Assembly: GCA_011605725.1 (NCBI GenBank)
Contig: JAAOZP010000017.1
Span: forward strand, 288,001 to 352,000
Source of the DNA: Nitrososphaerota archaeon
Lineage (GTDB): Archaea; Thermoproteota; EX4484-205; JAAOZP01
Direction: 5' to 3'
Length of the DNA: 64,000 bases
The notes under the pieces were generated by a model, which was not told the origin of the DNA, searched no databases, and saw only the letters and a list, made by a program, of their open reading frames with translations. The first letter of the stretch is position 1; the number at the start of each line of letters is the position of its first letter. Below, piece by piece: positions 1 through 9,210 of this stretch. Position numbers and translations under genes: made by a program.

Positions 1-738
1 AGTAACTCTGAAATCATACCCAGTCAACTCTCTGAGCCTTAAAGCTGTTTCGAAAGGGTCTCCCATTGCTCCCTCAGCCTTAACTATTATGCTGGACTTC
101 TTGCCCAGTGAACCCATTTTCACAAGCCTCTGAGCAACATCTTCGTGAGACACCTGGTGCTCCGGTATAAGTGCGATTTCAGCACCAGAAGCAAGGGCGA
201 CGTCCACAGCGAGGAACCCGCGATTCCTACCCATAACCTCAACTATGAAAACCCTCTCAAACGTTACTGCAGTATCCCTTATCTTGTCTATCGCCTCCAC
301 AGCAGTGTTTACGGCAGTGTCGAAACCTATCGTTTCATCGATTCCAGCTATATCGTTGTCGATCGACGCAGCTAACACGGTGACGGGAATACCGCTAGCC
401 TCGCTAATCTCCTTAGCACCCCTTAAAGACCCGTCTCCACCGATTGCAACCAGCCAGTCGACATTCCTAGACTTAAGGTTTTCCGACGCCTTCTCCAATC
501 CTTCAGACGTCTTGAAAAGCTCACACCTGCTCGATTTCAGAATGCTTCCACCCGTGTTTATTATTCCACTAACATCCCTAGGACTGAGTTTTCTAAAAAC
601 GTTTTCTATTAGACCCATGTATCCTCGCTCAACACCAAAAACCTCTAAACCCTGCGAGGCAGCAGACCGGACCAGCGCTCTGATCGCAGCGTTTACACCC
701 GGAGCATCTCCTCCAGGAGTCACAAGTGCAATATTCAT
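1..738 (-). CDS. pfkA: PfkA-family 6-phosphofructokinase (3' end outside window; absent from ORF track)
   Basis: Manual translation gives MNIALVTPGGDAPGVNAAIR...AIGGDGSL...ASIDNDI...VEVMGRNRGFLA, the canonical PFK-A motifs. Confidence 0.9.
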   Translation of the reverse strand, partial: MNIALVTPGGDAPGVNAAIRALVRSAASQGLEVFGVERGYMGLIENVFRKLSPRDVSGIINTGGSILKSSRCELFKTSEGLEKASENLKSRNVDWLVAIGGDGSLRGAKEISEASGIPVTVLAASIDNDIAGIDETIGFDTAVNTAVEAIDKIRDTAVTFERVFIVEVMGRNRGFLAVDVALASGAEIALIPEHQVSHEDVAQRLVKMGSLGKKSSIIVKAEGAMGDPFETALRLRELTGYDFRVT

Positions 739-841
739 AGGCAAACACTCTTCAAAAATTCAGTTACCCGAGGGAAATATGCTTTTCCTATATACTACTC
801 GGATTCAACAGGAGCCTCCTTCGATGTTTCAATGAAGGATG

Positions 842-1546
842 TTACCAGTTTTTAGCCAAGCTCCTCCTATATGCCTCTGCCTGAAGCCTCCGGATGGTTT
901 CAGCCTGCTCAGCAGACAGCGAGTCAGGCTTCCCGCCTGGTTTAAACAGTCCAGCCAGGATTGAGGAGAAAACAGTGATCTTAGCACTCTCCTCCATTAT
1001 CTCCAGCCTGTAGTATGCTTCCCTCAGAGAAGAGCCGAGAGTAATAACGCCATGGTTCTTCAAAAGCATGCAGTCATGCGTTCTCGCAGCCTCCCCGGCT
1101 GCTTCAGCAAGCTCCTGTGAGCCCGGCGGGTAGAAAGGCAGGCTTGCAACCTTCTCCAGGAAAACCGCGTGGTCAGGGTAGAGGGGAGCATTCAGGTTAA
1201 GCCCCACCGTTGTCAGGGCTATGCAGAAAGGAGGGTGAGCATGTATGACGGCGTTAACATCATCCCTGGCTAGGTGGCAGCGGGCTAGAACCCCGACCTC
1301 CATAGATGGTTTTAAAACCCCCTTCACCACTTTAAGCGTCTTCAAATCCACCTCCACGAAGTCCTCGGGTCTAAGCTCCCCAAGGTTGAAGCCACTTGGC
1401 TTAACAAATATCGTGGTGCCACGGCTCAGCCTAGCGCTTAAAGTTCCACCAGGGCCCGTGGCCAGCTTAGTATTATAAATAGCGTGAGCATAGTTGGTGA
1501 GTGCTCTCCTCAATTCTTCCTCAGACGAGTTAATACTGTGCTGCAT
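842..1546 (-). CDS. Class II aldolase/adducin family protein (fuculose/ribulose-phosphate aldolase/epimerase-like)
   Basis: GGTLS, KPSG, KPSME, HAHP and LKNHG Zn-binding motifs. Confidence 0.88.
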   Translation of the reverse strand: MQHSINSSEEELRRALTNYAHAIYNTKLATGPGGTLSARLSRGTTIFVKPSGFNLGELRPEDFVEVDLKTLKVVKGVLKPSMEVGVLARCHLARDDVNAVIHAHPPFCIALTTVGLNLNAPLYPDHAVFLEKVASLPFYPPGSQELAEAAGEAARTHDCMLLKNHGVITLGSSLREAYYRLEIMEESAKITVFSSILAGLFKPGGKPDSLSAEQAETIRRLQAEAYRRSLAKNW

Positions 1547-1698
1547 CCTGACTGAGAACGTTGTTCAAAATAAAAATATTTTGCCTTCGACAACCGTGTG
1601 CAAAGGTAGGTGACGGTTTCAGGCGTGAACAATTAGGATCAGGCGGTTAGAAAGCCTATTGGGCAGAAGATTCGGTAAGCGGAGAGTAAACACGCGCG

Positions 1699-2673
1699 CT
1701 AAAGATCCAGCCATGTTCCAAGGCCTTTATCCAGAGCCCTCCTGTATATTTCGGGAGCCACTGCCATGTCTTCTAGAGCCAGCCCAAGGTTCATGGCCAT
1801 CGTCCTCTCATCCTCCCTCTCCCTACCGGGCTTAAGACCATTAACTATCTCCCCGAGGTCAGCGTAAGGGTCGGGTGTTGAACGGAAATACCCTATGCTC
1901 CTGTAGTACTGGAACTGCGCATGGTCGTCCGTGCTTATCTTGTCAAACTGGGCCAGCGCTTCCGGCTTCCAATAGCTGTCGAAGTCCAATGCGCTTGCAA
2001 ACCCTCCTGGCTGAAGCCAGTCCCTGCCGATCGCCGGCCTAGGATTCTTCAAAATAGGGCCGGAGGTCACCACGATGTCGCTTTTAACCACGGCTTCCAG
2101 AGGCTCGTTAACACCAATTATTTCAACACCAAGCTTCTCCCCCATATCTTTCACATATTTTTCCTGTGTCTTTTTCGAAATATCGTAAGCGTAGACACGC
2201 CTTATTTTAAACATGCATGCTAAGGCCTCCAGGTTTGTACGTCCCTGCACACCGCAGGCCAGTATACCGACAGTCTCGCTATCGTGTCTAGCCAAGTACT
2301 TTGCTGACAAAGCTGTTGCAGCACCAGTTCGATAAGCAGTTATCCAGGTGCAATCCATGACTGCGTACGGCAGGCCGGTTTCAACATCGTTTAATATGAG
2401 GAGCCCACTTATGTACGGGAGGCCATGCTTATAGTTCTCCGGATAACCGCTAACCCATTTTATTCCGGCTGATTTCATCGACGGGATGTACGCCGGCATC
2501 GCGTGGATGAAAGCATCTGGCTTCGTGTGAATACCTGGTTTAGGAGGCATTTCCACGAGGCCCTGGCCCTTAAGCTTGAAAGCCTCCTCCAGAAGCCCGA
2601 TTATTGTTTTCAAGTCGAGAGCTGCTTTTTCAACATCTGAACGTGACAAGTATAGTAGTCTACGATTGTTCAT
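1699..2673 (-). CDS. Ornithine cyclodeaminase/mu-crystallin family protein (alanine dehydrogenase-like)
   Basis: HAMPAY, GIKWVSGYPEN, ITAYRTGA, GLALEDMA. Start moved to MNNRRLLYLS because the longer ORF overlaps the GH29 gene. Confidence 0.9.
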   Translation of the reverse strand: MNNRRLLYLSRSDVEKAALDLKTIIGLLEEAFKLKGQGLVEMPPKPGIHTKPDAFIHAMPAYIPSMKSAGIKWVSGYPENYKHGLPYISGLLILNDVETGLPYAVMDCTWITAYRTGAATALSAKYLARHDSETVGILACGVQGRTNLEALACMFKIRRVYAYDISKKTQEKYVKDMGEKLGVEIIGVNEPLEAVVKSDIVVTSGPILKNPRPAIGRDWLQPGGFASALDFDSYWKPEALAQFDKISTDDHAQFQYYRSIGYFRSTPDPYADLGEIVNGLKPGREREDERTMAMNLGLALEDMAVAPEIYRRALDKGLGTWLDL

Positions 2674-2782
2674 CAGCTTATCGGGGCAGGAGCAAGCATA
2701 AAAACATTTTAACACTATTCTGCAGGGTTGTGTAAACAGTTTAAGCAATACTTTTTTAAACAAGTTAGGAATGTTAGGTTTT

Positions 2783-3739
2783 ATGGGCAGCAGGGAATCA
2801 TCAGTAGAATGGTTCAGGAAAGCTAGGCTCGGAATATTCATCCACTGGGGAATCTACTCGATACTTGGAAGAGGAGAATGGGTAATGCATAATGAGAAGA
2901 TAAGCATCCAAGAATATGAGAAGCTTGCAACCCGTTTTAACCCTGTTGGGTTTAACGCTGAGGAATGGGTAAGTGTTTTCAAAGATGCTGGTGCTAAATA
3001 CATTACTTTCACCACTAAGCATCACGACGGCTTCTGCATGTATGATTCCAGGCTCACAGACTACAAGGTTACGAAGACACCTTTCCGCAGAGATGTCTTA
3101 AGAGGGCTGACGGAGGCGGCTAGGAAAGCGGGGCTTAAAGTGTTCTTCTACTACTCTCTTCTAGACTGGCATCATCCGGATTACTATCCTCTTGGGCTAA
3201 CCGGTCAATACTCTGGCAGGAAGCCGGGTGGAGACTGGGGGAAGTATCTGAACTACTATATTGGGCAGGTGAGGGAGCTTTGCGAGAACTATGGTGAAGT
3301 AGGAGGATTCTGGTTCGACGGGTGGTGGGACAAGCCTGATGCTGACTGGCGTTTAAAAGACCTCTACGAGACTATACGTTCACTCCAGCCCTCGGCCCTC
3401 ATAGGCAACAACCATCATGTAGACCCCTTTCCCGGTGAGGATTTTCAAATATTCGAGCAGGATGCTCCAGGAGAAAACACAGCTGGATTCAACAAGGCTA
3501 AGGTTTCAAACCTAGCGTTGGAAACCTGCATGACTATCAACAACAGCTGGGGCTATAATGAGAATGATAGGAACTACAAGTCTAGCGCAGAACTAATAGA
3601 GATTTTGAAGAAAGTTAATGGGCTTGGCGCAAACCTGCTTCTAAACGTTGGACCACTGCCGAGCGGTAGACTTGACCCGGAGCAGGTTAAGAGGCTTAGA
3701 GAAGTCGGTGCATGGGTAAGGAAGAACTATGGTTTTTAA
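2783..3739 (+). CDS. Alpha-L-fucosidase (GH29), catalytic domain only
   Basis: WF..ARLGIFIHWGIYS, TTKHHDGF, YYSLLDWHHPDY, WFDGWW, ETCMTINNSWGY, LLLNVGP. Confidence 0.93.
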   Translation: MGSRESSVEWFRKARLGIFIHWGIYSILGRGEWVMHNEKISIQEYEKLATRFNPVGFNAEEWVSVFKDAGAKYITFTTKHHDGFCMYDSRLTDYKVTKTPFRRDVLRGLTEAARKAGLKVFFYYSLLDWHHPDYYPLGLTGQYSGRKPGGDWGKYLNYYIGQVRELCENYGEVGGFWFDGWWDKPDADWRLKDLYETIRSLQPSALIGNNHHVDPFPGEDFQIFEQDAPGENTAGFNKAKVSNLALETCMTINNSWGYNENDRNYKSSAELIEILKKVNGLGANLLLNVGPLPSGRLDPEQVKRLREVGAWVRKNYGF

Positions 3740-3760
3740 ACTCGTTTAACATGATGCAGA

Positions 3761-4750
3761 ATGCGTAATACTCGAGTAGTCCTCTTTTCGCTCATTCTTT
3801 CAGCAATCTTCTCATACGCATTGCTTTACTCCACGCTTGAGCTCCCAGTTCTTTTAAACGAGCTATTCGCAGAGTTTACTCCTCATTACGGCGCTGGAGA
3901 TTGGAATGAGGCTGAAAAATTCGTGGAATCTGTAAGACCACTGGGCTATCTAAGCCTAGGGGCTACTGTAATCCTGATAGTCCTCGGGTTCGCACTCGGC
4001 AAATACAAGCTGAGCCTCCTGGGTTCAGCCAGCCTTCTCCTCCCAACGTTCAGCTATTTCGCCTCAGTCATGTTCTTCCTATCCGGAATAGGTTTCTTAA
4101 GGATCGTTTGGCTCCCCATTATAGAGCTCTCACCAGGATCCTCAATCTATGAGAAGATAAGTGCTGCAAGCAATATTCTTGAGCTTGGGGACATTGCTTA
4201 CCTGCCATACGACTTTTTAAGAATAGTGTTAAGCCCCTTCGACGGGAAGCATCTTGATGAAACCCTCTTCAAAACAATAGTTTTTGCAGCGTCAATACTG
4301 TTTTTCTCAAGCTGTGCAACATGGTTTTACGCCAGGTTTAAGGGAAAGGGTTTCGCAGACATGCTGGTCTACAATTATTCGAGGCACCCCCAGTACTTAA
4401 GCTTCCTGGTTTGGAGTTACGGGCTACTGGTTTACGACAAGTATGTTTTCACACCTCCAAAAGGAGGTTTCTTCGCGCCCCCGCCACTGCTTTGGGTCAC
4501 CACAGCCCTTATCATTATCGGGGTAGCTCTACGCGAGGAGAAAGATATGCTTAGGAAACACGGTCTGAAGTATGCTGACTACCGGTTTAGAACGCCTTTC
4601 ATGCTTCCGTTGACACGACCAGTTGCAAGGATGCTGAAGACTCCGGTTAAGCTTTTTTTCAAGAAAGATTATCCTGAGAATACGATAGAGATTGCCGTGA
4701 CGCTGACTTTTTACGGTTTAATCCTGCTGGTTCTTTCAGCATTATATTGA
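3761..4750 (+). CDS. Integral membrane protein with isoprenylcysteine/phospholipid methyltransferase-like C-terminal domain
   Basis: Many TM segments; YNYSRHPQYL and REE..M...HG..Y..Y...TP motifs. Confidence 0.7.
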   Translation: MRNTRVVLFSLILSAIFSYALLYSTLELPVLLNELFAEFTPHYGAGDWNEAEKFVESVRPLGYLSLGATVILIVLGFALGKYKLSLLGSASLLLPTFSYFASVMFFLSGIGFLRIVWLPIIELSPGSSIYEKISAASNILELGDIAYLPYDFLRIVLSPFDGKHLDETLFKTIVFAASILFFSSCATWFYARFKGKGFADMLVYNYSRHPQYLSFLVWSYGLLVYDKYVFTPPKGGFFAPPPLLWVTTALIIIGVALREEKDMLRKHGLKYADYRFRTPFMLPLTRPVARMLKTPVKLFFKKDYPENTIEIAVTLTFYGLILLVLSALY

Positions 4751-4840
4751 AAAATTTTCGTTGGAAAAGGGTTTTTACTGGAGATCTTTAAATTAATTCT
4801 TCAAGCTAGTCTTTAATGCTCGTGAAGATTCCTTAAATTT

Positions 4841-4890
4841 CGGTTTAAATCAGTTTACTTTAGTTCATTTCAGTTTAAAAGGGTTTAAGG
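4841..4890. repeat. Five degenerate 10-bp tandem units (core RGTTYA) upstream of a promoter
   Basis: cggtttaaat cagtttactt tagttcattt cagtttaaaa gggtttaagg; GTT at 4843, 4853, 4863, 4873 and 4883. Confidence 0.65.
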
Positions 4891-4904
4891 TTTTTAAACA
4901 ATGG

Positions 4905-4918
4905 AAAAAGCTTAAATA
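4905..4918 (+). promoter_or_regulatory. BRE/TATA-like promoter
   Basis: aaaaagcttaaata about 25 nt before a G-rich leader. Confidence 0.5.
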
Positions 4919-5054
4919 TGCTGGTGAACAATACTACACTGAGGGGCGGGGGGAGGGGTCGAAAAGGTGACAGCGACACACGTGGAAAGAAGTACTTTTG
5001 TCAGAGGATCGTCTAAAACCCTAGACCCCTCGTTTCCAAGGAGGTGTTTCACAG

Positions 5055-5261
5055 GTGAGCTGGAGTGAGAGCGAGGAGGAACTGCTCAGATACCTGAAAG
5101 CCGAGCTTAAGAAAATAAGGGAGAAGAAAGACGTCGCCATAGGACAGGATGCCTATACGCTGCTATGCAAGAAGGAGAGGACCTTGATGGAAGAGATTTC
5201 GAAGCTTTACGCTCGGCGTCAGGTTGCGCAGCAGGCGGCTAAGGTTAAGGCTCCTCTTTAA
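5055..5261 (+). CDS. Small coiled-coil hypothetical protein
   Basis: Strong SD (GGAGGTG) before GTG; helical, charged sequence. Confidence 0.7.
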   Translation: MSWSESEEELLRYLKAELKKIREKKDVAIGQDAYTLLCKKERTLMEEISKLYARRQVAQQAAKVKAPL

Positions 5262-5327
5262 AAATCATAGAGCTAGCGTTTACAAGTTAGACTAAGGTTT
5301 TTAAGCCTGAATCAATCCTCTCAAGTA

Positions 5328-6230
5328 ATGAGTGGGAAGGAAGAGGGCAAGATAGTTTTAACCGGGCTGCTTAAAGAGTATAGAGGCTTTTTCACAAGGG
5401 TAATGGAGTCCGGGGACGAGGATAGAATAAGGCTGGCTGCGGTTTTCAACGACTGGATTGGCGACTCGATGAAGGAGGCAACGGATGCTGCGGAAAAAGC
5501 GTTCCTGCTACGTTCAATTTTCGCAATTGCTAAGAGACTGCTTGAATCAAGGCTTAGCGATGATAGGCTTTCTAAGATAATCTTGATAATCAGCAACCTG
5601 AGGTCGCGGCAAGATTCTCAAGACGCCTTGTTCAACGCTGAATACTTGAAGCTGCAGCTTTTCGAAGACTGTGGGCTAGACTCCGGAGAAATAGACTGGG
5701 AGCTGGTGGACAAGTATCTGGAGCATTGGGCTGAGGCCTCGAGTAAGGATGAGATCGACATTACCTATTATAAGCGGAATGAGGATGGGAAGATAGTTGC
5801 TGACAACAGTAGGATTGCTGAGGCTGGCCCAGCCTTCTTCAAACACTGCTCGGCGGAATGCGTTGAATGGTTCTACAGCATGATGCTTAGGCCAATAGAC
5901 TATACTCCGGACTCGCTGGCTGAGCTTGACAACGTTATCGACACATACTGGCCCAAGGAGCTTTTCAAAGACGTAGATATTGAGGATGAGAAAAACATTT
6001 ATGGCACTATATTGCTGAGGCTGGTCCTCATGACCGGCAGCTTCTTTGGTGAAGTGCTCGTTAGAAACCTTAAGGGCAAGTGGGAGAAAGCTGAACCATC
6101 GGGATGGAGTATTCTCCTGGGAGATTCAAGGATAGACGTGTTCAGGACAGCTGAGGAATCGCTCAGAGGCCCGTCAAGGTTCTACGACGCGTTTAAACTC
6201 GCGGAGAAAATCAGCATATCCGGAGTCTAG
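5328..6230 (+). CDS. Hypothetical protein
   Basis: 300-aa ORF with host-like codon use; C-terminal DYTPDSLAELD...GSFFGEVLVRNLKGKW module. Confidence 0.75.
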   Translation: MSGKEEGKIVLTGLLKEYRGFFTRVMESGDEDRIRLAAVFNDWIGDSMKEATDAAEKAFLLRSIFAIAKRLLESRLSDDRLSKIILIISNLRSRQDSQDALFNAEYLKLQLFEDCGLDSGEIDWELVDKYLEHWAEASSKDEIDITYYKRNEDGKIVADNSRIAEAGPAFFKHCSAECVEWFYSMMLRPIDYTPDSLAELDNVIDTYWPKELFKDVDIEDEKNIYGTILLRLVLMTGSFFGEVLVRNLKGKWEKAEPSGWSILLGDSRIDVFRTAEESLRGPSRFYDAFKLAEKISISGV

Positions 6231-6317
6231 CTTTTAAAAAGATGCTTCAAAGGCTTGTGACGTCTCCATAGTGATAAAAACTTTTAAGCCGGTGGAAGCA
6301 AAGCTACGTTAACAGTA

Positions 6318-7346
6318 TTGATTATTCTGCTCACTACAAACCCGGGTATTGAAGACATCGTTGAGAAAGAGGTTGAAGAGGTTTTAGAAGCACGAGCATT
6401 AAGGTTTCACGGTCTTCCTGGTAGGATTAGTGTTGAAATCGGAGAAGAGAAGCTGGGCAAAGTTTTCTCCTTACGCTCAATATATCACGTTGTGAAACAC
6501 GTGTCCGTTTTAGAAATAAGAACAGGGGAAGAAGGCCTGCTTGATATTTACAACGGGTTGAAAAGCATCGAAATAGAGGATTTGAGAAACGTTGAAACCT
6601 TTAGGGTTACGTGTCAGAGAATAGGCGAGCATGCTTTCACCTCTGTCCAAGTTCAGAAGTACGCTGGGCAAGCCCTTGTCGAGAAGTACAGCAGGAAAGT
6701 CAGTTTAAAAAGCTTCGATGTAAACATTGTCTGCGACGTAATAGGGAGTAAATGCTACGTTGGAGTCCAATTAACAAGAGAACCTCTGCATAAGAGGTTT
6801 GAAAGACCTTTCAACCATCCGGCTGCGATAAAAGCGCCACTGGCCTACGGAATGCTGAGAATAGCAGAGGTTAAGAACGGAAGCGTTCTGCTGGATCCTT
6901 TCTGCGGAGGAGGCACAATCCCTATAGAGGCGGCTCAGGTTTGGGACGGTAGGATAACGATTTTCGGCAGTGATATTAACAGCAGGTTTCTAGAGGGCGC
7001 TAGGAAAAACGCTGCAGCAGCAGGGGTTGAGAAACATGTTTCGTTCAGAATTGCGGATGCCCGGAGGCTTGAAGACTACTATGATTCAACCATAGATAGA
7101 GTGGTGACTAATCCTCCATACGGTATCCGTATGGATATGGAGAAGAATCTTAAAGAAACGTACTTCCGCTTTCTACACTCTGCTTCGAAAATAGTTAAGC
7201 CAGACGGCCGGATAGTAGTGATAAGCCTTAAGGCGACGGCTTTCCGAAGCATTGTTTTCAAGACGAAAAGGTTCAAACTGGTTCATGAAAGAGTTGTTGA
7301 AACAGGCGGGCTTTACCCCCACATTTTCGTTTTAGAGAAGCTTTAA
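6318..7346 (+). CDS. trm14: THUMP-domain tRNA guanine-N2 methyltransferase (Trm14-like)
   Basis: TTNPGIED, THUMP region, HPAAIK, LDPFCGGGTIPIE, TNPPYG. Confidence 0.82.
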   Translation: MIILLTTNPGIEDIVEKEVEEVLEARALRFHGLPGRISVEIGEEKLGKVFSLRSIYHVVKHVSVLEIRTGEEGLLDIYNGLKSIEIEDLRNVETFRVTCQRIGEHAFTSVQVQKYAGQALVEKYSRKVSLKSFDVNIVCDVIGSKCYVGVQLTREPLHKRFERPFNHPAAIKAPLAYGMLRIAEVKNGSVLLDPFCGGGTIPIEAAQVWDGRITIFGSDINSRFLEGARKNAAAAGVEKHVSFRIADARRLEDYYDSTIDRVVTNPPYGIRMDMEKNLKETYFRFLHSASKIVKPDGRIVVISLKATAFRSIVFKTKRFKLVHERVVETGGLYPHIFVLEKL

Positions 7347-7350
7347 ACAT

Positions 7351-8648
7351 TTACTTGAAGAATTGCGGGAGCCACTCCCTCTCAGCCTCAAACATCTCGT
7401 TAACCATTTTCCTAATGTCTTCAGGCGTCAGCACAGCGGCTGTTAACGGGTCGAACAGAACTGCTTGGTAAGCCAGCTCCCTGTCAGCCTCCAGAGCAGC
7501 CTTAACCGCTAATTCTTGAACATTTATGCTACTCCTGTTTAAGGCGGCGCACTGCGGCGGCAGATCACCCACATAGCAGGGATGCAGCCCACCCTCGTCG
7601 ACGAAACAGGGCACCTCCACGCAACACCCATGGGGCAGGTTCGTTATTATGCCGGTGTTTTCAACATTACCATTTATCCTGCGTGGTTCCCCTGTTTCCA
7701 TGGAGTTGATTATCATAACTCCGTACTCGTGGGAACGCTTTATTTCAACAGGCTCCTCGCCGGAGATCTGTCTCCTTATCTGCTCGTAATGGGGCTTCCA
7801 TGCTTCCTGACATACCTGGTAGTAGAACCATCTCGGCTCACAGTATTTCCTACGCCTCTCCTCGCTAACCCTGAAGTAGGGAACGTATTCTCCAAGATGG
7901 TGGCTCGACTCCGTTATGAAATACCCTAGGGCCTTCATCATCTCAAACCTAACCTTGTCCTTCTCATAGACTTCCGGTTTCTTCATAGCCTCCCAAAGCA
8001 TTGGGTAAGCATCTTTCCCCCGATGCTTGAACTCCAGGAAGAACGCTTGATGATTAATTCCAGCCACCCAGTAGTAAACCTCCTCGTAGGGAACTCCGAT
8101 GTAGCTCGAAAGCTGCATGGCAGTCCCCTGAACACTGTGGCAGAGCCCAACGTTCCTTATTCTCGTCGCCCTGTTCATAGCCCAGCAGTTTATAGCCATC
8201 GGGTTCGCGTAGTTTATCAGTAGAGCATCCGGACAGAGGTCCTCCATGTCCCTGCATATATCGATTAAAACAGGCACTGTCCTAAGGCCTCTGAAAACGC
8301 CGCCCGGTCCAATCGTATCTCCAACCTCCTGGTTCACGCCGTATTTAAGAGGGATGTAGACATCCTTTTCAAACGCTTTCAACCCGCCTATCTGCATCAT
8401 TATTATAACGTACTCTGCGCCGTCGAGAGCCTCCCTCCGGTTGAGCGTGCTGCAAACCCTAACGCTGGGAGCATATTTAGAAGCCATTGTTTTCGCGAGC
8501 CCAGTTATGGTTTCAAGCCGCTCCGCATCAATATCCATCAGGCATAGTTCTGACTCTCTGAGAGCCGGGTAGAGAGAATGTCTGAGATCAGGGTTCTCGC
8601 GAAAACAACGCTTCCAGCCCCGATGAAAGCTATCTTAGGGCCTTTCAA
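7351..8648 (-). pseudogene. melA: GH4 alpha-galactosidase (MelA-like) with a 1-nt frameshift near 8571-8577
   Basis: The N-terminus MKGPKIAFIGAGSVVFARTLISDIL lies in a different frame from the rest (YPALRESELCLMDID...GDTIGPGG...NYANPM...GLCHSVQ...GINH...TESSHH). Confidence 0.85.
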
Positions 8649-8785
8649 GCCTTCAAGAGGAACTATCCCCATGTATAAAAACCTGACTAAGGCTTTCGAA
8701 AACCATTTGAAGCGGCTTGTAAGTAGGTTTCAACTAAACTAAAAGGTTATTAACCCAGGCATGGTATGGAGACAGCGGGGGGAGG

Positions 8786-9178
8786 GTGTTGTCCTCGGAG
8801 AAAGAGGAGAAAAAAGTCAGGGACGTCATGTCTTCTCCTGTCGTCAGCGTTCTCCCAACGGATTCGGTTTTCGAAGCGGCAAGCAGGATGATGAGCCACG
8901 GAGTTGGAGCCGTCGTGGTCGAGTCCGGAGGAAAACCTGAGGGAATAGTGACTGAAAGGGACTTGATCAAAAGGGTTCTGATGGAGGGTAAAGACCCTAA
9001 GAGGGTTGCTTGCAGAGAAATAATGAGCAGGCCTCTCGTCACAATCGACCCGGAGGCGTCTATCCTTAAAGCGGTGACTTTAATGAAGGAAAAAGAGATA
9101 AGGAGGATCGTCGTCGTAAAAGGGGGCAGAATGGTTGGGATAGTGACGGAGAAAGAGCTTATAAAGAACCTCCTTTAG
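8786..9178 (+). CDS. CBS-domain pair protein
   Basis: VRDVMSSPVV...GIVTERD...IMSRPLV...GIVTEKE. Confidence 0.9.
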   Translation: MLSSEKEEKKVRDVMSSPVVSVLPTDSVFEAASRMMSHGVGAVVVESGGKPEGIVTERDLIKRVLMEGKDPKRVACREIMSRPLVTIDPEASILKAVTLMKEKEIRRIVVVKGGRMVGIVTEKELIKNLL

Positions 9179-9210
9179 AGAAATACTTGAGATTTTTCTC
9201 CATAACCCTG

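Noticed and set aside
245-835. 196-aa + strand ORF
   Set aside because: Antisense shadow of the pfkA-family gene on the - strand
5020-5045. ORB-like element (- strand CTCCTTGGAAACGAGGGGTC) next to AT-rich DNA, as a replication origin
   Set aside because: Spacing differs from the ORB consensus, there is a single copy, no cdc6/orc1 is nearby, and it overlaps the SD and leader stem
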